NCBI GenBank assembly: GCA_022605425.2
Contig: CM061247.1
Coordinates: 1,736,001-1,800,000 of the forward strand
Origin: Hamiltosporidium tvaerminnensis FI-OER-3-3
Taxonomy: Eukaryota; Fungi; Microsporidia
DNA length: 64,000 nucleotides
Direction: 5' to 3'
This document shows positions 51,901 through 64,000 of this stretch, one piece after another. Position numbers and translations under genes: made by a program. The notes under the pieces were generated by a model, which saw nothing but the letters and a program-made list of their open reading frames with translations, was not told the origin of the DNA and did not search any database. The stretch's first letter is position 1. Each line of letters starts with the position of its first letter.

Positions 51901-52539
51901 TCTTGATTTTCAAACAATTTCTTCATATTGTATATTGAAAACTCTATAAAAAAATAATCGATAAAAATTTATAGAAAGAAACTCAAACAACACCAGTTTT
52001 TTAAGCTATTGAAATAATAGTTTTATTTTTGAATATTTGATTTATCAATATAGGTTTCAAGGATCGTCTATATTATTTTATTTATCCTTCATTATTTTAG
52101 AATAACCAATAAGATTATTTAGAGCTTTAAACAAAAAAATTAGGATAGCTGTAATAAATGATTATAAAGAAAAATTTATAGTTAAACATAACTAAAGAGT
52201 ATTATCTTCTAGTTTCATTGTATTGGTACTGATTTAATAACAGAAAAGCTTATAGTGTTTTAATTCTTTTTATTATATTTTAACGGCGTTACATATATTC
52301 TATACAATATATATCGAATTATGATAGAACATTACGAGATTTAATTCGAACTAACAAAACAAAGTATTTTCAAAAAATGGATAAATTTTTTACACAATAA
52401 CCAATAGGAGACTTATAATTAAAACCTATTTTTCTAATTTTCCATCGTTTAATATACTATATACAAAACTATACCAAGAAAATTAAAACTCATATAAAAA
52501 GAGTAAAAGGGCTAAATAGGAAATTTTAAAGAAATAACA

Positions 52540-53274
52540 CTTTATTTAAAAGTATCACATCTTTTTTTAAAACAGTGGCAAGTGTTATATTTGTTTTCAT
52601 GACATTAACGCAGTTCTAGGTTTAACATAAATAACTGCTACCCCAACACTCCATCGGTAACCCCTGCGATACCTACGTCCCAAAGCCTTTCATCTACCAG
52701 GTGTGTAGAACCTGCTTACTAGGCGAGGCAGTTGCCCGGAGTTCGTTAATGTCCGTTGCATGGAGTGTGATCGAAGGCCGAAGCCCCCCCCCCCTGGGCT
52801 CCCCCAAGACTATGCAGCATTCCCACTTACTCTACACTTTCTGAACCCAATAAACTTCTAGCTAAGATATATTTCAGAGATTTACATGGGGTCCACCTAG
52901 ACAGTGCAATGTCATACCAACAGGTATAACCTGCTACTTAGCTTTCCTGGCTTTATATGGTTTTTTGTTCTATATCTCTTAGGCGTCAAGTCTTCAAACC
53001 CGAGTGACCAAGGCTAGGTTTCCATGCTTTTACATGGAAATTATCTACAAGTTTAGCTGCGGTCTGCAATCTGGTTACATAAAAAACTACAAATAAATTT
53101 GTAGAAAAAGTTTCTCGATTTCTTAAACCTCTCCTCTTCATAACAACTCCCATGGAACAACCGAAGATGTAGTGTGGTTTTATTCCCACCAAAAATCCAA
53201 ACAATGATCTCACACCAGTTTCACACACTCATTGCCAAGCAGAAAGTTTTTTATGTGGTTATCCTTCCTCCACA
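52540..53274 (-). mobile_element. ~730-bp retroposon, copy 9 (young)
   Basis: Exact 15-bp TSD TTTAAAGAAATAACA at 52525-52539 and 53275-53289. Confidence 0.93.
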
Positions 53275-56200
53275 TTTAAAGAAATAACATAACTTTATTT
53301 GATAATAACAAACATTTCTGCACAATTTACAGAATTTTTAATGTGTATAATTTTTTTTATTTTTCTTAAATTTCTTTCATATTTTTGAATCTTCAATACG
53401 ACTATATGAAACTATATCAACCAAAATAAGAAATTCTAATGGACAAAAATGTAAAAAAGCACCTAGAGATTCGAGTCAGATACAATTATCAAATGCTTGT
53501 ACAATTTTTTTGCTATATTAGACGTAGTTTTCACGAATTAAATCAATATCTTTCAAGTCTTTGTTTTTAAAAATTTTGAAGTGCTTACACGGTATATACA
53601 AAATATACGATTAGAAATTTAAAAAAAATAAGTTTAAACAATGTACTAATAGATGGTAAAATTTTATTTCACACAACCATAGTTTTTTTACATAGTTTCT
53701 GATATTTCAAGCTGTTTACCACACATGTAAAAACATTATATTGTGATCAAGATTTTTTGATAATTCTATATTCGGTTCATATACTATATACAAATATGAA
53801 ACGAAAGAATTCAAAAAAAATAGGTAAAAGAAACATGCAATTTTTTTTTCAAATGGTATAACAAAAACAACATTCATCTTTATCAAATCATATTTGTAGT
53901 ATTTGACACTTTTATTGCATAAAATTGTATCTCTTTTTAATCTGTTTTTTTTTAAAAATTTCGAAATCTGCAATGTTGATATAAATTGACTCGATCAAAC
54001 AAAATATAAAAAATGAGGCAATGTTATGCCGATAAGAATAAAAAAAATTTAAACCAAAAAATTTAATAAATTATTTAAGAACTTTTGAAGTATTTTAGAA
54101 ATTTATTTGAAAAAAAAATGTATTTTTAGATTATATTTTTTAAAATCATTCAACCAATCATACGTATAAAAATCAAAAAGATTAACTTGCCTAAATTTTA
54201 AAGAAAAATATCTATAAATTTTAATGAAATCATTTATTTGGTTTTACTACACTGACATATAATATTTGTGATGTTTTAGGAAGATGAAGTTGCATATGTT
54301 TTTAGAAAATTTTCCCCTTTTTAAATTGCTTATACGCTGTTTAGTATGTATTTTTAAAGAATTCGAAAAAAACAAATTTAAAAATTTACTGTCAGAACTT
54401 CAGAGATAATTACAAAAAAAAACTTAAGAGGTTGTTGTAAGACTACTTGAAGCAAAAATAAAAAGTTTCTGGCATTGAATATCACCTTTTAAAATATATT
54501 TAAGCCAAGATTGTAATCTTTAGTCATATCGTAAGTATTAATCCTAGAAAAATATTTAATGAAACTACACCCAAAACAACGACTCGAGTTAATTATAAAA
54601 GGGTAATATTATACCTTAAAGTAATTTTCATATTATTTAGAGTGGTTTAGTATTTTATAGTGCATTTGTGTAATTCGATGTTTTAACACTTCTTCGATTT
54701 AGTTATGCACAATATAAAAAATTTATTGCTTATAGTTGCAATATTAGGTGATAAAAATATTTAAAAACACAGCTAGATTTTATAGTAAACTCTAAAATAA
54801 AATTATTACAGCCAAATTATATGTATTCTATTATATTTTTATGCATTGAAAGATCAATTATTTTTTAAACCAATTTTTTTTATATTTTTTTAATCGTATA
54901 TAAGACTTACTAAATCTAATTACAAATCAAAAAAATAACTAAAAAACCGAAAAAAACATTATAATGATTTCTTAAATTCGTAATTGAATCTTATGTAATA
55001 TTTTTGGCATGCCTTAGGCAATGAATTATATATTTTTTTAGTTTATTTTTAGAACTATGCGATTTTAATTAGAACCATAAGAAAATAACCTTAAAAAATA
55101 TCAAAAATATAATAGAAAGTCAAATATATTTACTATACGATTATAATATGGTATAATAGAGACAAGGTTTTTTAGATACTTTTAAAAATCAAAATAAGAC
55201 ATTATAAACATATGTTTAGATAGCCTTCGAATCGTTTAGCATATTATATAATAACTATACAAATTAATGACATAGAATATGTGAAATTTGTGCTTAAACA
55301 TATACATAATCTTATCAATAAAGTATATAAATAGGTTAATTTTTAGAATAATAATGAATATATGCCAGCTATCGCTTTAAAAGTATTCCCATAAAAGTGG
55401 ATAGTAAGGTTTTAACAACAGAGATAGTCTTAAAAAACTTATCACATTTATTTTCTAAAAACATATAATTCTGAGAAAACTTGAGTAATTTGCACAGGCG
55501 TTTTTTTAATCAAAACCTAGATATATTTTTTATTTTTAATAAAAGATTGAAATCAAGTATTTTGATATTTTAATAAAAGAACATGGATTAAAGTGAAAAA
55601 CGGGTAATTTAAATTCCACACCTTTTGGAATTATAATGATTATTTAAACATACCCCCCTATATATTATATTTTATTGCCAAGGGTTTTGCATTTACACAA
55701 AATATTGTATACAATTTATATTCTTTCTATTTTTGTAAATTTGTAAAAAATACAGCCCTTATATTAGGTGAGAAGAAAAAGACTTTATAATGGAATTACA
55801 TTTATTTAATATAGGAACTATGTTCATGTAAACCTTCTTTTTTTTGTACCTATAACTAGAGATTTAAGTATGAAAAAAAAATAATTCTAATTGAAAACCA
55901 AGAAATGATATGATAATTTAATTTTTTTATTTTTAAATACAAATATATTGATCTGAAGTTAGCATCAGGCATATTAGAACTGTTTAAAGAAAAACATTTC
56001 ATGCGTACTATTAGCAAAAGAAATTCTTTTATCTTTGGAAATTCACTTTTTATCAGTGAGAATCATTTATAGTTAGGCTTTTTATCATTTACTTGTCTAA
56101 GAAATCTAAAAAGATTATATTACTTTTGGTAAAAATAGATTATGTCTGAACCATACTGACTTAATCTGCATATTCTCGTCTGCTTATTGTTTAACTCAGT

Positions 56201-59200
56201 GTGAGCACGATTCATTAAAACGCCGCTTTAAAATATAAGATTCGACTACCCTGACCCAACCGCCCTTCATTCCATTCGTCTATATCAAAGTTAACTATCT
56301 GCTCAACGGAATAAATCATAGTGGAAAGAATCACACTTTAAATTCGCATTCTTCTTATTTTTATATATTTCTTCATTGTATAAATATTAATGTTTGAGTT
56401 TCTATTTTGCGATTTAAAAATATTAATTTTTTTTTGCGTATAAATCTATATTCCCTTTGTTTTTTAAAAATATATATTAGTATGTATAATGGGTAATCTA
56501 ACTTTTTGTTTGTAGGTGAGGTTATTAGAACCTAAGGATGAAATCCGAATTTGAAAAATTGAATAATTGATTAAAATCCAAGCTGATTTTTATGCCAAAA
56601 CAAAGATATTTGATCAGTTATAAAACCTAAGCATTAGATCAACCTAATTTTTTTAAAAGCTACAATTTAAGTTCCAAATAAATTTTAATGTGTGTTTCAA
56701 ATGTATAAAAGAATAATCTAAATGAATTTACAATTTTAACTCAAAGAAGACAATTTTTTTTAATTTTTCCATTTAATTTTGCAAACAACTACAAAGAAAA
56801 ATATTTATTAAACAGTTTAATTAAAGGGAAATTAAATTTTTAAAAATATTTTTTTTTAGGTTCTTATAACATTTAATGAAATTCCAAGAACTTTAAAAAA
56901 ATAAATGCCTAGATTCAGGCATTCTTTTATATTCCTTTTTATATCCAAAGATATAGCTAACACATACAAATCCAATTGAACAACGAGTGCAGAATTTCTT
57001 TAAAAATATAAATTTAGTAGAGTAAAAAGGAAATAGAATATATTAGTTTAAATAATAAACATATAAAGTCTTTAATCTCCAAACACCCTTGAAATTTCAT
57101 TTTTATACTTTAAATGACTAACCTCGGTTCATAAACAAGTAGAATAGGCGTCCAAATAAATGGCGATATATTTTTCTCACATTTCTATCAATTATCAAGA
57201 GCATATTTCCCAGAATTTGCAATTTTTATCTTTAATTTAAATTATCGAACGAAATATGAATTGAGAAAATAATTTTACTTGTTTTATATGAGATATTTAT
57301 AAAATTTTAGTGTGGTTTGCCTATATAGTTATATTGAAGTAAAATATTTTACTTTTTTATATATTTATAAAGATTTCTTAAAATAAAATTTCAGATTATT
57401 TAAAACTTTAAGAATTACTCTCTAGAATTAAAACCAACTTTCATCTGGGTCACCCTGCGGATTTAAGAAGTCAGAACAAAGAAATATTCTTTTAATATAA
57501 TATAATATTTTGTATAAAATTAGCTTTAAAAAAATCGAAGCCAAGTAATATGAATTTTGATTTATTTATTTAAGTTAAGTTTATTTTTTTGATTATTTAG
57601 AAAAGCACATAGTATTTAAATTTAAAAAATAACATACCTTTTTTGCAGTTCAAATTTTATGAATATTTGCTTTTTCAAATAAATTGGATTTTAAACGAAA
57701 TAAAACCTTGATTTGAAAATTTTCAAAAGAATGAAATGATTATGAACCATTAATGTTTTCTTGAAAATGTTTTGAGATAACAGGATCTCTTATTTTCCTA
57801 GCAATAAATACAATTAAAACATATGCGAGAAATGCGTTTATTAAATAGATTTATAATTATCGCTGATCATTTTTATAGACGTTATTACGAAAATTGTTCC
57901 CTAAAAAATAGTATCTAATATAATAACCGAAACAAGTGAGATATTTGAGAATATATATGAATAATTTTTTTTTTCAAACCAGTTAGAAATTTATACAATG
58001 ATCATTCTATATATTCATTTATCAAGATAGATTTTACTCATTAAAATTTCTTGATTTCCACTAAACTGTCAATCCTTATGACTGGAAATAAAAAAATTGT
58101 CTTATTTAAATAATAAGCTTTTTTATGTATGAAAAGAAATCAAGAATGTAAAATAGAAAATATAGAATGTATTATTCGGCTTTTAGGTATTTAGAGTTTA
58201 TTTAGAAATAAAATATACATAGGTTGCCAAAAATTAATGTATTAAGCCAAATACAAGAAAAAAGGCACCATAAACCATAAATACCTTTATTATACCATAA
58301 AAAATATAATATATAATCATCTAATTTCTTTTAATTCTAAATCTACATTTCTTTTTGCGAAAAATATTTTTAAATAGAAATCCCTAATAATAGGATTTGA
58401 AATAAATTTAGATTCGAAATATAACGATTTTATTGTTTATATATTCTTCTTGTAAAATGAAAAAATAATTCACAAGTAAAAGTTATTGTAAGTTAATAGT
58501 TTTTAAAATAATAACAAAAAATTCAAGTCATCTTCCCAATAATATTTTATATAAACTGATTTTGTCTTTTCCATTGTTGCTATATCCAAATCTTTTGTTT
58601 AAGAAGAGAAATGTACACAAAATAGTTTTTTTTATCATTTATTACAACCTAGTCTGACAAAATGATATTCTATAAAGTTCAGATTCGTGGTAGAATAAAG
58701 AAACTAAAAATTTTAAAAGTATTCATTTTTCATAGGCATTCTTTATAAATAAATATATTTCAAAAAATTCCTTTATTTTTATTTTATAAAAATTACCCTG
58801 AAAATTCTATTACTAACTATTCTATGTGAGAAAGAAAATGAATTGAAAGGGTAAATGAAGGAATCTGAATAGAAAACCCAAAGAAAATATCAAAATCAGA
58901 AGAAGACTAATTGAAAGAAGTAGGATACAATTGTTTTTCATTTCTTTATCGAGGTATTTTCTATTTTTGTAAGTGTAAAGTTGAGTGGTTCATTGGTTTT
59001 AGATACAACATATGATAATAGTAAAAGAAATTGTAGTTTTGCCATAGATCAGGATGCTTTGCAATTACAGAGGCTGTGTAAGTAGAAACGGGTCTTATTT
59101 CGGAATTTTTCAAAGAAATTTTTTAGAACAAATAAAATTTTCAAATATACCAACAATTGTTAAAAATTTTAAAAGCACACTAACACAGAAATAAAGTAAT

Positions 59201-60416
59201 AAAACAAGCAAAGAGATCTCTGGGTAGGTTATTACTTTATTTGTGTATATATTTATAAAGAGGGGTTGAGGAATAGAAAAAAGCGATGTATATGTATGAA
59301 GAAGAAGGCCTAGCGGGAAATTTGTCACATTGTATCGTCTTAAAAAAAATTAATTTTTCAGTTTATGAGTGAGATTAAGGGCGAACACATTTATTTAAAC
59401 AGAAATTAGTTTTTCCAAAGACATATACTATATTTGATTTTGATTTAAAGTTTATGAGGAGAGGGTTAGATACACAAGGACAAGTGAAGGGTAAGATAGA
59501 GAGAAATAGATAATTCGAAATTTCTATTTAGTTTCATATAGAAGAGGCCCTAATGTGTTATAAGTTTTTAAATCTAAAAATACTTGTTGTATATACATTC
59601 TTTAAAAAATATTCTATCTAAATAGGCAATATTGTCCCGTTATCGAGCTCATTGCCTTAGAGATACTGTAAAACAGGTATTGATGTTGATACGATTATAT
59701 ATCAACATTTTCATAAGTGAATAAATTCACTTATTTAAGTATATTCGACTGTTTTACGAGATCGAACGAGTTAGTTGTTTACTACCCTATGGATTTATGT
59801 CCAGACTTATGCAAATAATCTTACATAAGTCCTTTAACAAACCATATCAGCGTAGATAGTAAGAGTAAAAGTACATTCAGCTGCGAATATCAAAGTAAGA
59901 ACGAAATCGTTCAGTATTTGTGGCATGTGTTTCATTGCTTCTACATTAGTATGCTGAAAAAGAAATATCTCAGGGCATCTGAGGATTACTACAAAGAGAT
60001 AGATAATCCCATACCCATAGACAAAGTAAGAGTACCACCTTAGAAGATGCCACAATATTAAAAATTTAACTATATTTATATTTTTTCATTTTTTTTTAAA
60101 CCAATTGCATATTGTTACATAATAATGATACGTTCCTACTTCTTGATAAGATATCTACTAAACTCTAAGAGAGAAGCTAAAATATATTGTAATAAAAAAA
60201 ATACCCTACAAATCATCTTTTACCTATTTAAAACAAACCTCGCCTATAAAAATTTCGGACTATCTTTAAAAATATCATTTCATGAATTCGCATAGACAAA
60301 TAAATTTTTTGCTATATTTCTTTAAATTTCTTTTACATATGTCATTGCTTAATCAAAAAAAATAATAGTGTAAAATCATTTTAAATTTTGAAAAATTATA
60401 AAAGTTTTCCATTTCC

Positions 60417-60809
60417 GATATTCTCTTCATAAATATACATTAATAATACAATAAATACAATACAATTCTAATATTCTCTTCGAGAATATCCCTCCATGTC
60501 TTTTAAATGAACTTCAATTCTGATATTCTCTTCGAAAATCCAAATTCTACTTTAACTTTATTAGAGAGACACTTTTGATATTCTCTTCGAGAATATCTAT
60601 TTTACCAAAATAATTAAAGAGACATATATGATATTCTCTTTGAACGTATTTATCTTAGGCCTATTACATGAAATTCGATTCTGATATTCTCTTCGAGAAT
60701 ATCTATTTTAGAAAAATAATTAAAGAGACACTTCTGATATTCTCTTTGAGAATATCCATTATAAAAGCCTTACAAAAACCACACTTTTGATATTCTCTTC
60801 GAGAATATC
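60417..60809. repeat. Regularly interspaced palindromic repeat array: 8 x 21-bp GATATTCTCTTCGAGAATATC with 31-34-bp variable spacers
   Basis: Cores start at 60417, 60470, 60522, 60577, 60630, 60683, 60736 and 60789. No cas genes are present in the window. Confidence 0.9.
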
Positions 60810-63800
60810 TATTCAAAATATAATAAATAGAAAAAGTAAAAGTATGAAAGAAAAAATAAGTATATGGTTTCGAAAAGTAAAGTCAATAAATTGTATTTTA
60901 TATAAAAATAAAATTCCAAGGTATATCAAGAAATGCTTTAACCTGTCAGATATCCACAATACCATTATGATCCGTATCTAACAAGTGAAAAAATAAAAAA
61001 CTTATTTATTTTTTGTACGTATAACTTATTTTCTTTAGCTTAAATGATAAATAATAATTTTATCACGAATATTTATTAAATATATACAAAAAGTGTCTAT
61101 ATTACTTGCCTTCGCTTTCTTTTCTTCGAAAAGAAACATAAGAATCTAGAGGTTTGTTGATTTATTTCAAAATTGACGTACATTAAAAGTTTTTCAACAA
61201 AAATTTGATACTACAAAAAACATTCTTCGAATTTTTTAAAGAAAAATAACTTTCAAAAAAAAAGTAACTTTTTAACTCAAAACATGCAAAACCAAATTTG
61301 CTTTTTTAGAAAACCAAAATTTCTTTCGTTGTGTAAACAAACCTAAATTTGAATCAAAATTTTATAAGTACAATTTATTACTGAATTCTCTATAGGGTTA
61401 TTAAGTTGGTAAAACTAGATATAAGTAAGATTTATAAGATATTTACAGATTTACAAATGTATTTCCTTTTTAGGTAAATTAATAATACTTATAAAAATAT
61501 AAGTTTCTATTTTTACTATAGTCAAAAAACATATGTTTTTTACCATTATTTGAATTACGATTTATATTTTATTCAATTTCCTTAAAGATGAATGCTGTCA
61601 GTTAGTTTAATACATATTTAATAGGATATAAAAATAAAAAGTAATTTTTTATAAAAAAAAAATTAAATTTAAACCAGCAAAAAATAACTACTATTACATA
61701 CAGAATCAAGTTAAAATCTTACAATATTTTAAATTTAAAGAGATATCACCTTTAGTTGCAAATATTTGCTTTAACTTTTCTATTTTTGAGTAAAGAACTT
61801 AAAATTTAAGTTATAAAAAAGGATAATTCAATCTTAATTAAGAGTTTACAGTAATTTTTGTTGAAAGATGGAAGTTATTCGAAATTTATTAAACCAAACA
61901 TAAATCTTCCAAATCTATATTTTTATTTACTCTATTGAAAAAATTTTTCCAAAATTTTTACTTACTAAAAACAGAAAATAGTAATTAAGAATGGTAACAT
62001 AAAATATTTTTGGAAAAAATATTTTTTTATAGAAATTCTTCGAATTTCGTAGCGAGAATAAAATTCTAGCTCTATTAAAAAGATAAAAAAAATATATAAT
62101 AAAAAAAAACTAATATATAACTTATATAATTTATTATAAAAGTGAAAGTACCCACTTTTAAAAGTAATTTGAACAAGGTTTAGGCTTTGATAATTTTACG
62201 GGCGTAATTATTTTAAATTTACCGAGCTATAATTCAAAAATGATAATTTTTTTAAAAAATCTTCAGATTTTTGTCAAAAACAAATAATTGTTCATTTAGT
62301 ATACAGTTTTACAAAAAAAATCTTATTAATACGTTAAAAGACACTCGGAAGATATACCTATCAATAAATAAGTTGATAAAACATAAAGCAAGTCTAAAAT
62401 TCTAAATATTATAAAATTGAAAATTTAAAAAGTTTTAAAAAAAAAATAAAAAATTTAGGAAATTCCAAAAGCTGTAAAAAAACACGAAAAAACAGCTAAA
62501 TTTAAGAGAAAACGTAAAAAACTGGGAAAGAACACGTAAAAACATATAAAAAACTTAAAAATAGTGTAAGTACAGGTAAAAAGATATAAAAAACTTTACG
62601 ACTAAAAAATTCCAGTAAATAAGTAAAAATCATTCTAATAAATTTAGAAAATAGTTTAAAAATTAAAAAAAACATATAAAACCTTCTAAGAAAAGTAAAT
62701 TCTTTTAAAAAAATTACAAACACCTAAAACCAACGAAAGTTTAGGCATTCTTTAAAACTTCTTTGACAACAAATTTAAAAACCAAATTCGAACCGTCTTA
62801 TAAAATATAAAATTGTTATAAAAAACCAGTCTTGAGTTTAAAAAAATAAAATTTTGAAAAATAATGTAAACCATGTATTAGATAAGCTAATAACTAAATA
62901 AAAATACTTACAAGTTCTAAGAAAGAAATACCGGCTGATTAAGAAAGAAAAGAATATAAATCCAAGATATTGCAAAAAGACACAAACTGAATTACGAGGC
63001 ACCAATTTAGACTATAGTAACGTTATAAAGATTGTTCAAAACCTTCCGTTTAGCAAACACTTTTAGAACTTATTTTTAAAAATGTATATATTATATAGAA
63101 AATCTAAGAAAGACAAAAAATCTATTGACATTCTAAATTTAACAACAAACCAAAGACACTAAAATATAAAAATATGCCAAAAGAGATTATTAGTTACGTA
63201 AATGTTAGAAGGTTCATATAACAAGAAAAATAGTAGTTTAGAGAGTAAATAGCCTTCGATCTTACATATTACAAATTTAAAGATTTATATGTCGAATTAA
63301 GAAGATTCCATAACTGAAACTAGACGAAGAGAATGTAATTAAATAAAATATGGTTTTTACTTTTATTTTTTGTAAAATTTAAAGTTTAATGTAATATTTT
63401 CTGACTAAAAAATTAGGTAGTTTATTATAAAAGCCTTTAAAATATTTTATTTTATTGCTTTCAGATAAAAAATTTTAATTTCAATACAATTAGACTTAAT
63501 CCAAGAAAAACATCAAGAATGCTCTCCAAAAAAAAGTAAAACCAAAGTTTTCCGAATTAAGGACTTAGGTAACAAACAAAAATGCTTTTTAGACATGTAA
63601 ATAATTGATTTATATACCTAAATATAAAAAATTGTTTCAAGTAAATAAAAAAAAACGAAATTTGAGTATAACACTATTTATCTTAAATAGAAAAAAAAGC
63701 TTAGGTATAACCCTTGGACCAGCAAAAGTTCAATATTTCCATAACAAGCAAAATAGATAATATAAAAATCAGGTAAAAACTTTTAATGAAAATTCAAATT

Positions 63801-64000
63801 AAGTTCTTAGTAAAAAAATTCAAATTTTCGTTTAAAAAAAATAAAAAAGAGGTACGTATTGTTGCAAGACATATTAAAAAATGTTTTAGATAGGAAACAA
63901 TTTTAATTTAACATTAAGATATAAAAAATTTGAAATTATAATATAACAATAAAATAAGATTAAAAAAACTTTATAATTAAATAAAAAATAAATTTATAAT

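Noticed and set aside
60417-60809. Bona fide CRISPR array
   Set aside because: The context is eukaryotic, there are no cas genes in the window, and the spacers are partly related to each other. Reported as a CRISPR-like repeat instead.
62502-62723. Short F/L/I/K-rich ORFs (also 11687, 14835, 30852, 34158, 37042, 46896, 53716, 59110)
   Set aside because: Low-complexity translations expected by chance from AT-rich DNA, with no recognisable motifs.

Overview
Very AT-rich, gene-sparse eukaryotic DNA with short intronless genes whose ATGs are often preceded by a CCC motif. This pattern fits a large-genome microsporidian (Hamiltosporidium-like; inferred, not proven). About 12 protein genes are present: a window-truncated Xaa-Pro aminopeptidase missed by the ORF track, profilin-like, a possible antizyme-like protein, CWC25/CIR-N, DPH2, an ESCRT-III-like protein, and duplicated J-domain, RING-CH ligase and Sfp1-like genes. 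Much of the remainder is non-LTR retroposon material: RLE-type LINE fragments, an RTE LINE 3' end, about nine copies of a ~730-bp structured non-coding retroposon, a ~220-bp SINE that shares its head but has an RTE tail, a bipartite RTE-type SINE and a tRNA-derived SINE. Main findings: (1) an 8-unit CRISPR-like array of a 21-bp palindrome with ~32-bp variable spacers at a ~53-bp period, lying in a ~20-kb gene desert; (2) a modular retroposon head joined to two different tails; (3) swapped target-site duplications (TSDs) indicating a 5.4-kb inversion between two repeat copies; (4) inverted gene duplications with patchy identity. All alignments were done by eye, with no database searches.
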